Shown here: positions 14,343 through 28,400 of the stretch, piece by piece
Position numbering within the stretch: position 1 is the first letter of the stretch
Layout of the letters: each line of letters begins with the position of its first letter
NCBI RefSeq assembly: GCF_006345805.1
Contig: NC_043001.1
Location: forward strand, 125,736,001 to 125,800,000
Length of the DNA: 64,000 nt
Direction: 5' to 3'
DNA from: Octopus sinensis
Lineage: Eukaryota
Translations under genes and position numbers: made by a program
Notes under the pieces: generated by a model
The model's database searches: none
The model's input: only the letters and a program-made list of their open reading frames with translations
Told to the model about the DNA's origin: nothing

Positions 14343-15640
14343 TACAAGATCTGATCAATAAGTTTCTGAACTGTTGCCATAGTAATGAAGTTAAAGCACA
14401 CAGAGTGAAACCACTTGGCAAAGATTGACCTTGAACTCTACTGTGCATGCGCACTAAGTTTTAACATTCTAGCTCATTTTCACTGTTTACAGCAGTACTT
14501 GGAAGGAAGGTGTGTAGCATGTGACTGTCACATTGACCATGACAGAGGAAGTTGTCATGGCGATACTTGCTCAGAGGCTTAAGCAAAGTTGCAGAAAGTG
14601 TATGGAGAGGAGTGTATGAGCTGCACACGAGTGCATGAGTGGTTCAGACGTTTCCAAGATGGCTGAAAGAATGTTGATATTGACGAATATTCTGGGAGAA
14701 CCATAACCAGCAGAACAGAGGAAAACGTGTGCAGCTGTGAGGGGAAATCACTGAATCACCATCCGTGAGTTATCAGAGGATGTGCAGATTAGTTACAGTT
14801 CAGTTCAATCCATTATCGCTGAAGATTTGGGTATGAGACACGTGTCTGCCAAGTTTGTGCCAAAACTGCTTTCAGCTGACCAAAAAGACACTCGGGTTTC
14901 AGTTGTACAAGATCTCTTTGATTGTGTTGAGAATAATAAAAACTTTATGTGGGCCTCTGAGCAGGTATTGCTAAGCTTTTGGCAAAATCTAATGCAGATT
15001 CTCTACTCAACGTTCTCTGTCATGGTCAAATGATCACATGCTACCTACCTATTTCTTTACTACCCACAAGGGGCTAAACACAGAGGGGACAAACAAGGAC
15101 AGACACACGGATTAAGTCGATTACATCGACCCCAGTGTGTAACTGGTACTTATTTAATCGACCCCGAAAGGATGAAAGGCAAAGTCGACCTCGGCGGAAT
15201 TTGAACTCAGAACGTAGCGGCAGATGAAATACCTATTTCTTTACTACCCACAAGGGGCTAAACACAGAGGAGACAAACAAGGACAGACACACGGATTAAG
15301 TCGATTACACCGACCCCAGTGCGTAACTGGTACTTATCTAATCGACCCCGAAAGGATGAAAGGCAAAGTCAACCTCGGCGGAATTTGAACTCAGAACGTA
15401 ACGGCAGACGAAATACCGCTAAGCATTTCGCCAGGCACGCTAACGATTCTGCCAGCTCGCCGCACATGCTACACACCTTCCTTCCAAGCACTGCTGTAAA
15501 AAATGGAAGTGAGCTAGAGATTTAAAACTTAGTGCACATGCACTACAGAGCTCAAGGTCAATCTGTGTCAATCAGCTTCACTCTGCATACTTTAGCTTCA
15601 TTACTATGGTAACAGTCTGAACACTTATTGCTCAGACCAC
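14343..15640 (+). mobile_element. Mariner-derived element with ~190-bp long inverted ends and a deleted transposase
   Basis: 14343-14530 is the inverted complement of ~15030-15044 plus 15463-15640; HTH pieces RVHEWFRRFQDG and DLGMRHVSAKFVPKLL; interrupted by a SINE. Confidence 0.75.
15045..15462 (-). mobile_element. tRNA-derived SINE (Nin/Deu-like core gcctttcatcctttcggggtcgat) with an internal 184-bp tandem duplication
   Basis: 10-bp TSD cacatgctac; duplicated unit starts at 15046 and 15230; other copies at 23862-24080 (+), 42490-42625, 49586-49800 (-) and 60527-60740 (+). The core-domain name is an inference. Confidence 0.8.
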
Positions 15641-16032
15641 ACATGTGTGTGTATGTATGTGTGTATATATATATATGTATGTATATATTTGTGTGTGTGT
15701 GTGTGTGCATGTGTAATATATCTCTGTGGCATATTAAAAACATGACTGTTTTCTAGGTTTATCTTTTTTATTAAAAAAATTATTTTCTCACATTTTCTTG
15801 AGTAACTTATAGCTTGTTTGAAAGAGTAAAAATTCCCAAATCCATCCATGTTTCTAGACTTTCACTGTCACATCTTCAGGTTGAAGTATTTGGTGTTGAC
15901 AAGTATTGTGATCACTTTATATTGTGCAGCTGAAACAGGGTCGATATGCTGAAATTGTAATGTTTTTTTTACCATTAAGCTTTTTATGTTTTAATAGATA
16001 ATGAGGGCTTTTCAAATGTGGCTAGAGCAAGT

Positions 16033-16071
<39 letters not shown>

Positions 16072-16768
16072 ATGTTAATATTGTGCTAAGCTATTACTCT
16101 AATGTATAGTACGGTACAGAAAGGTCATTTGTTACTTGCAAACAAAATTTAATAAAAATTACCATGTTTGTTGCAAATTGCTTCACAAGTAGACAAGAAA
16201 GGTGCTGTACAGTAGGTTTGAACCCATAAGTATATGATTGCAAAGCAAGTTTCTTAACTACAGAGTCATGCCTGCACCTATTTACTGCTGTTATCAAGTT
16301 TGTCATGGTGTTGCATGATGAAATGCATTACTATTGTACCTAATTGTAAGTGCATGGTGAGCTCGTGACAAAGTCTCATATTTATGAGGTATAAAAAAAA
16401 ACAGTTGAAGTCATGAACTTTGCAACTTTTAGGTTGCTATCATATTTGTAAATAAAACTGATTCTTAATAGCTTATTAGTGTGCGTATGCATGCTTGAGG
16501 TATGCTGATGATAAGACATGTTTCAGTTTGAGACTGTTAGCTCATGGTTCAGTGCAATGCATTTGGTGTTCTTTTTTGAGTTTTGCAGTGTAATGATCTA
16601 TTCTGTAGTTTGTAGAGCAGGATTCAAGTGACAAAAATGCATTTTTTTTTGCTAATGATGTAATGTCTCCATTAATCAATAAAAAATTCACTGAGAACAA
16701 GTGCAGTGAATTGACACATTATCCATCTGTTCTTGTTTATTCATTTATATTAACATGTATATACATTC

Positions 16769-16887
<119 letters not shown>

Positions 16888-17201
16888 TAGACACAGAAAT
16901 ACACTTGCGTGTGTGTGCGCGCGCACACATGCATGCACACACAGGAATGTGTGAGTGAAATGAAAGCTAATTTCCAAATGAACTTTTAATCAAAGCTCGA
17001 GGATAATAACTTCCCCACAGATACCTCTTCAGAAATACTTTTGGAACACTTAAAAACCACCACGTTGCAATTCTCCTGAAAAAGAAGCCTTGGTCTTACG
17101 TTTTCAGAGAGAAAACAGTGACTGGAGTGATGAAAACAACCTGGAGATCCACGACTTGTTGGCTGAGAAGTCTACACCTCACAAAATACACCTCACTCAG
17201 C

Positions 17202-17248
<47 letters not shown>

Positions 17249-17293
17249 ATGTGCACAAAAATTTTTGTGCATCTTGATGCTGACATAAGTTCC

Positions 17294-17383
17294 TTATTTT
17301 TCCTGATGAGAAGGCGGCATAATGCACCCCTTATTCCTACGAAATTAGGAATATGCAGCCTTCGAAACATATGTCGAAAATAA
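17294..17383 (+). ncRNA. Type I hammerhead ribozyme motif (PLE-associated type)
   Basis: Stem I ttttc/gaaaa; CTGATGA 17303-17309; stem II gaaggc/gccttc closing a structured loop (gcata..tatgc, attcct..aggaat); GAAA 17364-17367; palindromic stem III ACATATGT; GUC cleavage triplet, predicted cut after 17375. Confidence 0.88.
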
Positions 17384-17594
17384 ACTAAAGGAATGTTGTT
17401 AATTTGTCTTTCAACTCCATTCTTTCATTTATTTGTATTCAAAAAAACACACAAATTTCCACACGATAGCACGTGATCTCTGCCCTAGGCATGTAGCTTC
17501 AACTGTGTTTTTCTGACGTGAATTTGCTACCCAGGTATCGATTAACCGAATTATCCATAATAAGATAATTCATTCAACTACTCAATTATGTATA

Positions 17595-17645
<51 letters not shown>

Positions 17646-17821
17646 ATATATATATGTATATATAAATATATATATATATACATATATACACACACACACA
17701 CATATATACATATATATAAATATACACAGATATATATATATATATACATATATATACACAGATATATATATATATATATATGTGTATATATATACACAGA
17801 TATATATGTATATATATAAAT

Positions 17822-17883
<62 letters not shown>

Positions 17884-17915
17884 ATATCGATAGCCATATC
17901 GATAAACATATCGAT

Positions 17916-19397
17916 AGCCATATCAGAGATGACTTAGATATGTTAAACCACCTTCCAAAAAAAACCAAGGAAGAAACAATCCTGGTTTCATTTGATGTAG
18001 TCAACTTGTATACCAGTATACCTCACAATTATGGACTGGAGGCAATACAGTTCTGGTTAGACCAATTTCCGGAAGAAATACCAAAAAGGATCAGTAAGGA
18101 ATTCATTACTAAATCAATTGAATTCATCCTACACAATAACCACTTCATGTTTGACAATACATTTTACCGTCAAAAATCCGGAATTGCTATGGGTACAAGG
18201 GCAGCACCAGTCATTGCGAACTTAACAATGGGATACATGAAAATAATCATTTACCAGGAATCTCTATCAATCTTTGGAAACTCCCACTCTCAATACATAA
18301 AAGAGAATTGGAAACGATTCCTAGACGATTGTTTCATTCTCTGGAATGAAAACATAGATAAACTCCTAAAATTTAAAAACCAATTGAACAGCATAAACCC
18401 AAATATACAGTTCACAATGGAATACAACCAAAAGGAGCTCCCGTTCTTGGATATACTAATTAAAAAAATTAACCTTAAAATAGAAACAGACATTTTTTAC
18501 AAAGCCACAGACGCCAAACTATACCTTCTTTTTAATTCATGCCACCCAAGACACACTAAAACAAACATCCCCTTCAACCTTGCAAGAAGGATATGCACAA
18601 TAGTGTCAGAACAAAATACCAGGAACTTTAGACTGCAAGAACTCAAAAACACCCTAATTGACAGACATTACCCAGCTCAACTCATAGAGGATGGGATCAG
18701 ACGTGCAACAGAAATCAACATAGAAACTTTAAGAAAAGTTCAACACAACAACACACCTTCCCCGAAAATACTACCTTACATATCTACATACAACCCCAGA
18801 AACAAAGAAGCCTTCACCATCATCACCCAGAATTTACCAATACTTCATAAAAACCCAAAATTAAAGGAAATTCTAAACATACACCAAATCATTAAAAGCT
18901 ACAAACAGCCTAAATCACTTAAAAAGATTCTCACAAAGGCAAAATTGTCTTCTAAAATTACGGATGCAAAAGTAAAAAAATGTGGTAGATCGAACTGTGC
19001 AACATGTCCTAACCTATTGGAAGGATCAGAATTCTTCTTTAAAGAGGGACAGAAATTCAAGATCAAATCTAACTTTACTTGTGCCTCTGAAAACATAATT
19101 TATGTCATTAAATGCTCGGGCTGCCACCAAGACTATGTGGGTTCCACGGGACTATCACTCAGGCGTAGATGCACACTGCATCGACAACAGATTGCATTCC
19201 CAGAATATAGAATGATACCTTTTAGTGAGCACATTGAGAAATGCGCAAAGCAACTACTGCCACAATTTTTAATCTTCCCATTTTACCAATGTGCTTTCGG
19301 ATCATCAACACAAATTAGACTGAACAAGGAAACATTCTTCATTGAAAAGTACAAACCCAGACTCAACCATCCGAACATACTGACACAGAGAAATTAA
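17916..19397 (+). mobile_element. Penelope-like retroelement (Neptune-type), 5'-truncated; 485-aa uninterrupted ORF (17940-19397) with RT, Cys-rich linker and GIY-YIG endonuclease
   Basis: [90 protein letters not shown]. Confidence 0.93.
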
Positions 19398-19799
19398 CAA
19401 GGGAAAGGGAAAAAAATTTTTAAGCGATTATCTCCCTTACACCGGAAGAAATCACTCACTACCTCCCCTTATTTAGAAATCTCCTGAAAATAAACACAAC
19501 GATAACTCCATGCAATATAAACATAACGTCACAAGAAATTTGAAAAGCTACACGCGAAACTGGTAATTTCTTTAAAAAAATTTTTAAATTATGTCATTTT
19601 AAGGAAAGGAAAAAAAATTTTTCCAATATTCTCCAGACATTTTGACACAAATATATATATTTTTTAACATTTAAGCCTTCTGTCGTTTTTTCACACTTTA
19701 CTATTTTCTTATATATTCACCCACGTGCTTTACCAAACAAACTTTCTTATCTATATATATATATATATACATATTTATATACATATATATATTTGTATA

Positions 19800-20940
19800 G
19801 ATACTCAGAAAACAGATTCCATCACACTCCAGGGAAAGAAACTAGAAGTAGTTGATAGTTTCCGCTAACTAGGTGACCAATTTAGTAGTGGAGGTGGATG
19901 CTCAGAGAGTGTCACCACAAGAATACGAATAGCCTGCGCAAAGTTTAGAAAGCCTCTACCCCTACTGGTGATGAAGGGTCTCTCACTCAGAGTGAAAGGT
20001 AGATTGTACGTTGCATGTGTGCGAACTGCCATGCTTCACAATAGTGAAACATGGGCTGTGACTGCAGAGGACATGGACAGGCTTGAAAGAAATGAAGCTA
20101 GCATGATCCGCTGGATGTGTAATGTCAGTGAGCACACACGACAGAGTGTAAGCACTCTGAGAGAAATGCTGGACATGAGAAGCATGAGATGTGGCGTGCA
20201 AGAGAGACGTTTGTGCTGGTATGGTCATGTACAACGGATTGATGAGGAGAGATGTGTGAAGAAGTGCCACTCCCAAACAGTTGAAGGAATCCGGGGTAGA
20301 GGTAGACCCAGGAAAACATGGGATGAAGTGGTCAAGCATGATCTTCGATCGTTGGGCCTCACAGATGCAATGACGAAAGACCGAGATCTCTGGAGACATG
20401 CTGTGACTGCAAAACCCAACAAATAACGTGAGTTAATGGCTGTTTCCTGCAGCAGCTTCACATAGCAGCCCCAGCCCATCCAAAGTACCTTGGGTCACAG
20501 GACGGCCTGCTGTGCTTACCTTGGATCGTAGGGCGACCTGCTATGCTTGAAGAGACCTATTGAGTCAAGTACATCAACATCAAAAAAAATATCAAATGGA
20601 AATTGTAGTTGTGATACCTGTACCAGTGGCACGTAATAAGCACCATCCGAATGTGGCCGATGCCAGTGCTGCCTGGACTGGCTTCCATGCTGGCGGCACG
20701 TAAAAAGCACCAGCCGATCGTGGCTGCTGCCAGCCGCCCCTGGAGCCTGAGCCGGTGGTACGTAAAAAGTACCCACTACACTCACAGAGTGGTTGGTGTT
20801 AGGAAGGGCATCCAGCTGTAGAAACACTGCCAGATCAGACTGGAGCCTGGTCCAGCCTCCTGGCTTCCCAGACCCCAGTCAAACCGTCCAACCCATACTA
20901 GCATGGAAAACGGACGTTCAACGATGATGATGATGATGAT
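19800..20940 (+). mobile_element. RTE-clade LINE 3' end (ORF2 C-terminus to 20426) plus long 3' UTR ending in (GAT)n
   Basis: VKGRLYVACVRTAMLHNSETW, RRLCWYGHV, RGRGRPRKTWDEVV, DRDLWR; the UTR matches the many dispersed (GAT)n tails. Confidence 0.9.
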
Positions 20941-22886
20941 TATGATATATATACATATTTATATATATATATATATAATATAATTATTAGGGAAGATTAA
21001 TTCCGAATCCACAGGAATGAGACATTCAAATTAAAGATACTAAAGTGAACTTCTCTCAATATTTTATTTATATATATAAAAGTAGTTTTAGAGACAGAAC
21101 CACCCTCAACTCAATCAACATTGTAAGATACTATACCCATCTGAGCCATCAAACATTAAATATTATACTTACTATATCTACTCAGAATCCCATACTTTCC
21201 ATTTTAAAGACAACATGTGTTTCATGACAGTATGTCAGTATTTTTGAGATATAAGGTCGCTAGTTTCAATACTCAATTAAATCGACGTACTCCCAATCTT
21301 CATGTCTGGATTCTACACATTTATTACACTATTTACGTTCTATGTAGCTCTATAATGATTGAAATTATTTGACTAAAAATCATAAATGTAATTTTACTTT
21401 ACAAATTAATAAATAAAAAATAAAAATAATGAATGAACCTTAAAAATTTAAGAAATAAAAATCTAAGCAATAAAAGAGGATAAAAAATACGAATAAAAAA
21501 TACAAGTAAAAAATACAAACAAAAAATACGAAATAAAAAATAAAAATAAAAATGATGAACAAAACGAATGTTAACTTATCTATTTGTGGTTCCCTCCCTG
21601 CGAAAATTAAACATGGCTACATCTTGCAAATAACGTACAATCCACAAGTAAAAGTATTTGAATTATACCTGCGTTAAACATCCACATTTTACATTAATCC
21701 CTCTCTTGAGCCACCCAATTATCTCTCCCTCTTCACTATCATACATCTCTCTCTTTCTCTCTCAAAATTCCCATGATTACTGTATCATTATAACTATGTT
21801 GCTGTTCTTCACCCACTTTTCTGCACTGTCAATCATCTATTTTCCCCTACCTCTCCTCAACTTATGTATCATAAGTCACCCTGCTCCTTATCCACTAGTC
21901 ATTACATCCAACCCCAAACTTACCTAATCTATGCAGCTATCACCTACTCTTCCCCGCTCCTAGTTATTATCTCTCAACATTTGTTCTTCATTCATTATAT
22001 TCACTCACTCAACTATTCCTCATCCCTGACCATATTTCACTTTCCTATACCCTCTTGCAACCTCTACCAACTCACGCTCCTTTTTATCTTGTTTCCACTC
22101 TCTTCCACTTATCTCATATTTTGAAAATTCACCCTACAGTGAGAAAACTATTCTGCTCTGGCCCACATCTCTTACAATTTACTCCTCATCTCATAGCATA
22201 AAACCATCTCCCACTCCACTGTAGCTCTACTCAATTGATGGAGAACTTAGTCTTGCAGGCTGCATGGTGATCTCACTAGTGCTGGTGCCACAAAATTTTA
22301 AAAAAACCCTTTACATACTGTAAAATGTTTGGCATTAGGAAAGGCATCCAACCATAGAAACCATGCCAAATGAGACATTAGAGCAATCTTCGGACCCATC
22401 AAGATCCTGTCAAATCATCCAATGTATGCCAGCAAGGAACATGGATGTCAAATGTTGGATGATGATGATTTTATCAGTATGTAATTTATCAACGAAAACC
22501 ATAAAATTTCTGTTTCAGACACCCAGACAAGTGGTAAAGAGGAGTAACAACATCAATTAATTTAACCCTGCTGTGTTATATTATCCCTCCTCCTCCCCTC
22601 TCCCCCTCATCTCCTCTCTCTACACTACACCATACGACTTTACACATCACATCATATATACATACACACGTCCAGACCTCTCATACGCACTACATACTCT
22701 CTCATACACACACACACTCTTATGTTGGGGCGAGGTCATTTAACCCTGTTATCTCCCCTAATTTCACTCTTGCGTCTCACGTTTGATCTTTGACTTCTGG
22801 CCGAAATCAGATCGCCATGTTGATTCGCTAGCCTCTGCATGCATTTTTTTCTCTCCTTGTTTCTTTCTGTGTTTCTTTTCTGTGTA

Positions 22887-22924
22887 TCTTTCTGTTGAAG
22901 AGCGTAGGCTCGAAACGTAAAAGA
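22887..22924 (+). ncRNA. Minimal hammerhead-like motif with a variant core (CUGUUGA)
   Basis: tcttt-CTGTTGA-a-gagc(gtag)gctc-GAAA-CG-TA-aaaga: stems I and II pair and stem III is the palindrome ACGU; core A6 is replaced by U. Confidence 0.6.
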
Positions 22925-24403
22925 CTTGTTTTATTTATATTCCTGAGCGCCATACTAATACAATTGCTTGTTTGTATTCCACCTGCCTTCGTCTTTTGTT
23001 TATTTTCATAAAGCTTCCCGTTATATTATTGCTGCATAACCAAAGCAATGAAGGAGCCACCCACACTGCTCGTGTCAGCTTTCATCTAGGATTAGCTGAG
23101 CTGGTTTGGCAGTGTGCAATGAATTCTCAGCATTGTGAATGAAAACCAGCTGTATCTGGTAATCACAGATGTCTGACACAAAGTGGATCGACTACTTATG
23201 ATTTCAATAGCTAACAAGATATTGATTCAAGATCTAACTTCATCATACCAGTTCACATTTTAAGCCCCTTGCCGTACTGTTGCCACTAACCTAGGAACAT
23301 GAGTTTGCTCTGTAGGTTTATGGGATGCATAACCAAATCATACATGGGCATCTTTTGAGCAAGAGTTGTAGCAGAGAATCAACCAAACAATCAAACTGAA
23401 CTTCACTGTTTGAAGGAACCCCTATATGGTTGCTTGACGTGCTAGAAATAACTACCAAATTTCCATATATCATGACCTACTATCTTAAAAGAAGAAGGAA
23501 GAATACATTGAAATATGTTGTTCTAGGCATGAAAAAAATACTGGATGTATATTGGTGTAATGCCCTTTGATCATATTATCTGCTGAATTAGGACTGACCT
23601 GGGGTTAAACAACAACAACAACAACAACTACATATTCTATTGATGACAGCAAGGAACAGAAATGGCTCTGTGCTTAAGAGGTTTGGTTCCCAACCTTGTG
23701 GTTCCATGTTCAAGCCTATGCATTCCACCTTGAGTGAGTTTCTTTTACAATAACATTGGGTTGACCGATGCTTCTTTATAATTGTAAGATGCAGTGAAAG
23801 GGAGAGTTTGCATGCTACTTCTAGCAGGTTGAAAGACCACATATAAGCTCCTTCTTTGGTAAGGCGGCAAGCTGGCAGAAACGTTAGCGCACCGGGCAAA
23901 ATGTTTAGCGGTATTTCATCTGTCGTTACGTTCTGAGTTCAAATTCTACCGAGGTCGACTTTGCCTTTCATCCTTTCGGGGTCGATAAATAAAGTACCAG
24001 TTTTGCAACTGGGGTCATTGTAATTCCTTTGTCCTTGTTTGTCCCCTCTATGTTTAGTCCCTTGTGGGCAGTAAAGAAATATATATAAGCTCCTTCTTTG
24101 GCTCATGATAACTTTATTTGTTGGTGGTGGTGTTTAGCACAAGCTCAGCTCTATTTTAGCAGATGTTGATTAAAAGCCATGATGAGCCTGTCTTTTTATA
24201 TGTTAGGGATTATATTGTTCTTCCTTTTCTGAGGTAGTGGGGGGTGATTTTACAGTTATCCCATTGCTATTTTTGGCGGGGTGACCAACCACAAGGTTAA
24301 TTTATGTGGCTACTATAGATGAAACCATCAGAAATTGCTACAATATTCCCTCAACCTGAGCCCAAATAAAAAAAAAAAATTATTCTAATGAAGCGTGGCT
24401 TAC

Positions 24404-24643
24404 ATGTTTGGGGGTCAGGAGCTTCATCACACTTGCGTTTAACATGCTTTTTAGGTATATCGATGAGGACGTAACCCACACATGCAGGATGGCTGGTAGC
24501 TGGGTCAAAATCTGCTGCTGCATCTTCATAGGTGTCTACTTTGGCACACAAATAACCACAGAAAACAGGATGGTGCAATGCTGGGTCATAGTCTTCATGA
24601 AGAACATCATCTTTTGAGCGCACAGGAAACGGATCATCAGATT
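24404..24643 (-). CDS. Internal coding exon (240 nt, phase 1-1) of an unidentified gene
   Basis: Acceptor catttcctcttttatag and donor gtaagc; open frame ESDDPFPVRSKDDVLHEDYDPALHHPVFCGYLCAKVDTYEDAAADFDPATSHPACVGYVLIDIPKKHVKRKCDEAPDPQT; non-repetitive coding-like composition. Confidence 0.75.
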
Positions 24644-24789
24644 CTATAAAAGAGGAAATGCAAAATGTATGTTTATGAATTTATATGTACATGCATCTAT
24701 CATCTATACTTACTGTTATTGCTAATGTTATTCTTTCCACTGCCACTTAGTGCAAAGAGCTTCCATACACTCTTCTTGCCAGCCTTACT

Positions 24790-25235
24790 CTTACTCTTTA
24801 CTCTTTTACTTGTTTCAGTCATTTGACTGCGGCCATGCTGGAGCACCGCCTTTAGTCGAGCAAATCGACCCCGGGACTTATTCTTTGTAAGCCCAGTACT
24901 TATTCTATCGGTCTCTTTTGACTCTATATTTCTACTGTCACTCCTCTTTTGCCGAACCGCTAAGTGACGGGGACGTAAACACACCAGCATCGGTTGTCAA
25001 GCAATGCTAGGGGGACAAACACAGACACACAAACACATACACACACATATATATATATATATACATATATACGACAGGCTTCTTTCAGTTTCTGTCTACC
25101 AAATCCACTCACAAGGCATTAGTCGGCCCGGGGCTATAGCAGAAGACACTTGTCCAAGATGCCACGCAGTGTGACTGAACCCAGAACCATGTGGTTGGTT
25201 AGCAAGCTACTTACCACACAGCTACTCCTGCGCCT
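24790..25235 (-). mobile_element. tRNA-derived SINE with CORE-like ccttgggcaagtgtctt block and internal microsatellite
   Basis: Reverse complement of the copy at 59959-60355; partial copies at 9010-9340, 12035-12190, 36480-36610, 44840-45145, 46640-46850 and 48310-48420. Confidence 0.8.
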
Positions 25236-25345
25236 TGTTTATTTTGTGCATGTTCCTTGGCCTTCACCTAATCTTGGTCTCTTCTTTCACTCTGCAGTGT
25301 TCTCAGTAAACTTGTACAGTTTTGACTCAATAAATTGTAACTCAA

Positions 25346-25395
<50 letters not shown>

Positions 25396-25400
<5 letters not shown>

Positions 25401-28400
25401 TCAATATAGGTGGCAAGGAAAATTTTGTAGAATTTTATTGCCACCAGCGCCCAGTGGGAAAAAATTAATAGTCATAGACATTTTTAAGTTCAACATTAAC
25501 AATTAAGGAACGGCCATAATAGGCCATTCACCCACTAGAAATAACAGCCAAAGCTTCTACCGCAAATAAAGATTAATTCCGTAAACAGGAGAAAATAAAA
25601 AAACATTTACCCTGTAATTTCTTGTACGGTATACCGTTTCATCCGCTGTTTAATGGTAAACTAACCTGATTAAATTAAATCAAGCCAATCCTCCATAAGC
25701 CCTCGGATTCTTCAGCAAGAAATAGCTCAAGTCGGGACAGATATTACACGAGGCATACCCAATCTTGCCAAGTCAATATCTGACCTAAAATTTTCAAATC
25801 GTCGCACTCGCGCCAAATTATCGGCAGCAAATAGATATCAGCCGTCGATTCCATTACGGAATTAACCAAAAAATTCATAATTAATCAATATAGGGTGGCA
25901 AGGAAAATTTTGTAGAATTTTATTGCAACCAGCGGCCCAGTGGGAAAAAATTAAATAGTCATAGACCATTTTTAAGTTCAACATTAACAATTAAGGAACG
26001 GCCATAATAGGCCATTCACCCACTAGAAATAACAGCCAAAGCTTCTACCGCAAATAAAGATTAATTCCGTAAACAGGAGAAAATTAAAAAAACATTTACC
26101 CTGTAATTTCTTGTACGGTATACCGTTTCATCCGCTGTTTAATGGTAAACTAACCTGATTAAATTAAATCAAGCCAATCCTCCATAAGCCCTCGGATTCT
26201 TCAGCAAGAAATAGCTCAAGTCGGGACAGATATATACACGAGGCATACCCAATCTTGCCAAGTCAATATCTGACCTAAAATTTTCAAATCGTCGCACTCG
26301 CGCCAAATTTATCGGCAGCAAATAGATATCAGCCGTCGATCCATTACGGAATTAACCAAAAAATTCATAATTAATCAATATAGGGTGGCAAGGAAAATTT
26401 TGTAGAATTTTATTGCCACCAGCGGCCCAGTGGGAAAAAATTAAATAGTCATAGACCATTTTTAAGTTCAACATTAACAATTAAGGAACGGCCATAATAG
26501 GCCATTCACCCACTAGAAATAACAGCCAAAGCTTCTACCGCAAATAAAGATTAATTCCGTAAACAGGAGAAAATTAAAAAAACATTTACCCTGTAATTTC
26601 TTGTACGGTATACCGTTTCATCCGCTGTTTAATGGTAAACTAACCTGATTAAATTAAATCAAGCCAATCCTCCATAAGCCCTCGGATTCTTCAGCAAGAA
26701 ATAGCTCAAGTCAGGACAGATATATACACGAGGCATACCCAATCTTGCCAAGTCAATATCTGACCTAAAATTTTCAAATCGTCGCACTCGCGCCAAATTT
26801 ATCGGCAGCAAATAGATCAGCCGTCGATTCCATTACGGAATTAACCAAAAAATTCATAATTAATCAATATAGGGTGGCAAGGAAAATTTTGTAGAATTTT
26901 ATTGCCACCAGCGGCCCAGTGGGAAAAAATTAAATAGTCATAGACCATTTTTAAGTTCAACATTAACAATTAAGGAACGGCCATAATAGGCCATTCACCC
27001 ACTAAAATAACAGCCAAAGCTTCTACCTACCGCAAATAAAGATTAATTCCGTAAACAGGAGAAAATTAAAAAAACATTTACCCTGTAATTTCTTGTACGG
27101 TATACCGTTTCATCCGCTGTTTAATGGTAAACTAACCTGATTAAATTAAATCAAGCCAATCCTCCATAAGCCCTCGGATTCTTCAGCAAGAAATAGCTCA
27201 AGTCGGGACAGATATATACACGAGGCATACCCAATCTTGCCAAGTCAATATCTGACCTAAAATTTTCAAATCGTCGCACTCGCGCCAAATTTATCGGCAG
27301 CAAATAGATATCAGCCGTCGATTCCATTACGGAATTAACCAAAAAATTCATAATTAATCAATATAGGGTGGCAAGGAAAATTTGTGATTTTTTTTATTGC
27401 CACCAGCGGCCCAGTGGGAAAAAATTAAATAGTCATAGACCGTTTTTAAGTTCAACATTAACAATTAAGGAACGGCCATAATAGGCCATTCACCCACTAG
27501 AAATAACAGCCAAAGCTTCTACCGCAAATAAAGATTAATTCCGTAAACAGGAGAAAATTAAAAAAACATTTACCCTGTAATTTCTTGTACGGTATACCGT
27601 TTCATCCGCTGTTTAATGGTAAACTAACCTGATTAAATTAAATCAAGCCAATCCTCCATAAGCCCTCGGATTCTTCAGCAAGAAATAGCTCAAGTCGGGA
27701 CAGATATATACACGAGGCATACCCAATCTTGCCAAGTCAATATCTGACCTAAAATTTTCAAATCGTCGCACTCGCGCCAAATTTATCGGCAGCAAATAGA
27801 TATCAGCCGTCGATTCCATTACGGAATTAACCAAAAAATTCATAATTAATCAATATAGGGTGGCAAGGAAAATTTTGTAGAATTTTATTGCCACCAGCGG
27901 CCCAGTGGGAAAAAATTAAATAGTCATAGACCGTTTTTAAGTTCAACATTAACAATTAAGGAACGGCCATAATAGGCCATTCACCCACTAGAAATAACAG
28001 CCAAAGCTTCTACCGCAAATAAAGATTAATTCCGTAAACAGGAGAAAATTAAAAAAACATTTACCCTGTAATTTCTTGTACGGTATACCGTTTCATCCGC
28101 TGTTTAATGGTAACTAACCTGATTAAATTAAATCAAGCCAATCCTCCATAAGCCCTCGGATTCTTCAGCAGAAATAGCTCAAGTCGGGACAGATATATAC
28201 ACGAGGCATACCCAATCTTGCCAAGTCAATATCTGACCTAAAATTTTCAAATCGTCGCACTCGCGCGCCAAATTTATCGGCAGCAAATAGATATCAGCCG
28301 TCGATTCCATTACGGAATTAACCAAAAAATTCATAATTAATCAATATAGGGTGGCAAGGAAAATTTTGTAGAATTTTATTGCCACCAGCGGCCCAGTGGG

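Noticed and set aside
15860-15960. Possible terminal exon of the minus-strand gene
   Set aside because: Acceptor-like sites exist, but the frames hit early stops and there is no homology support
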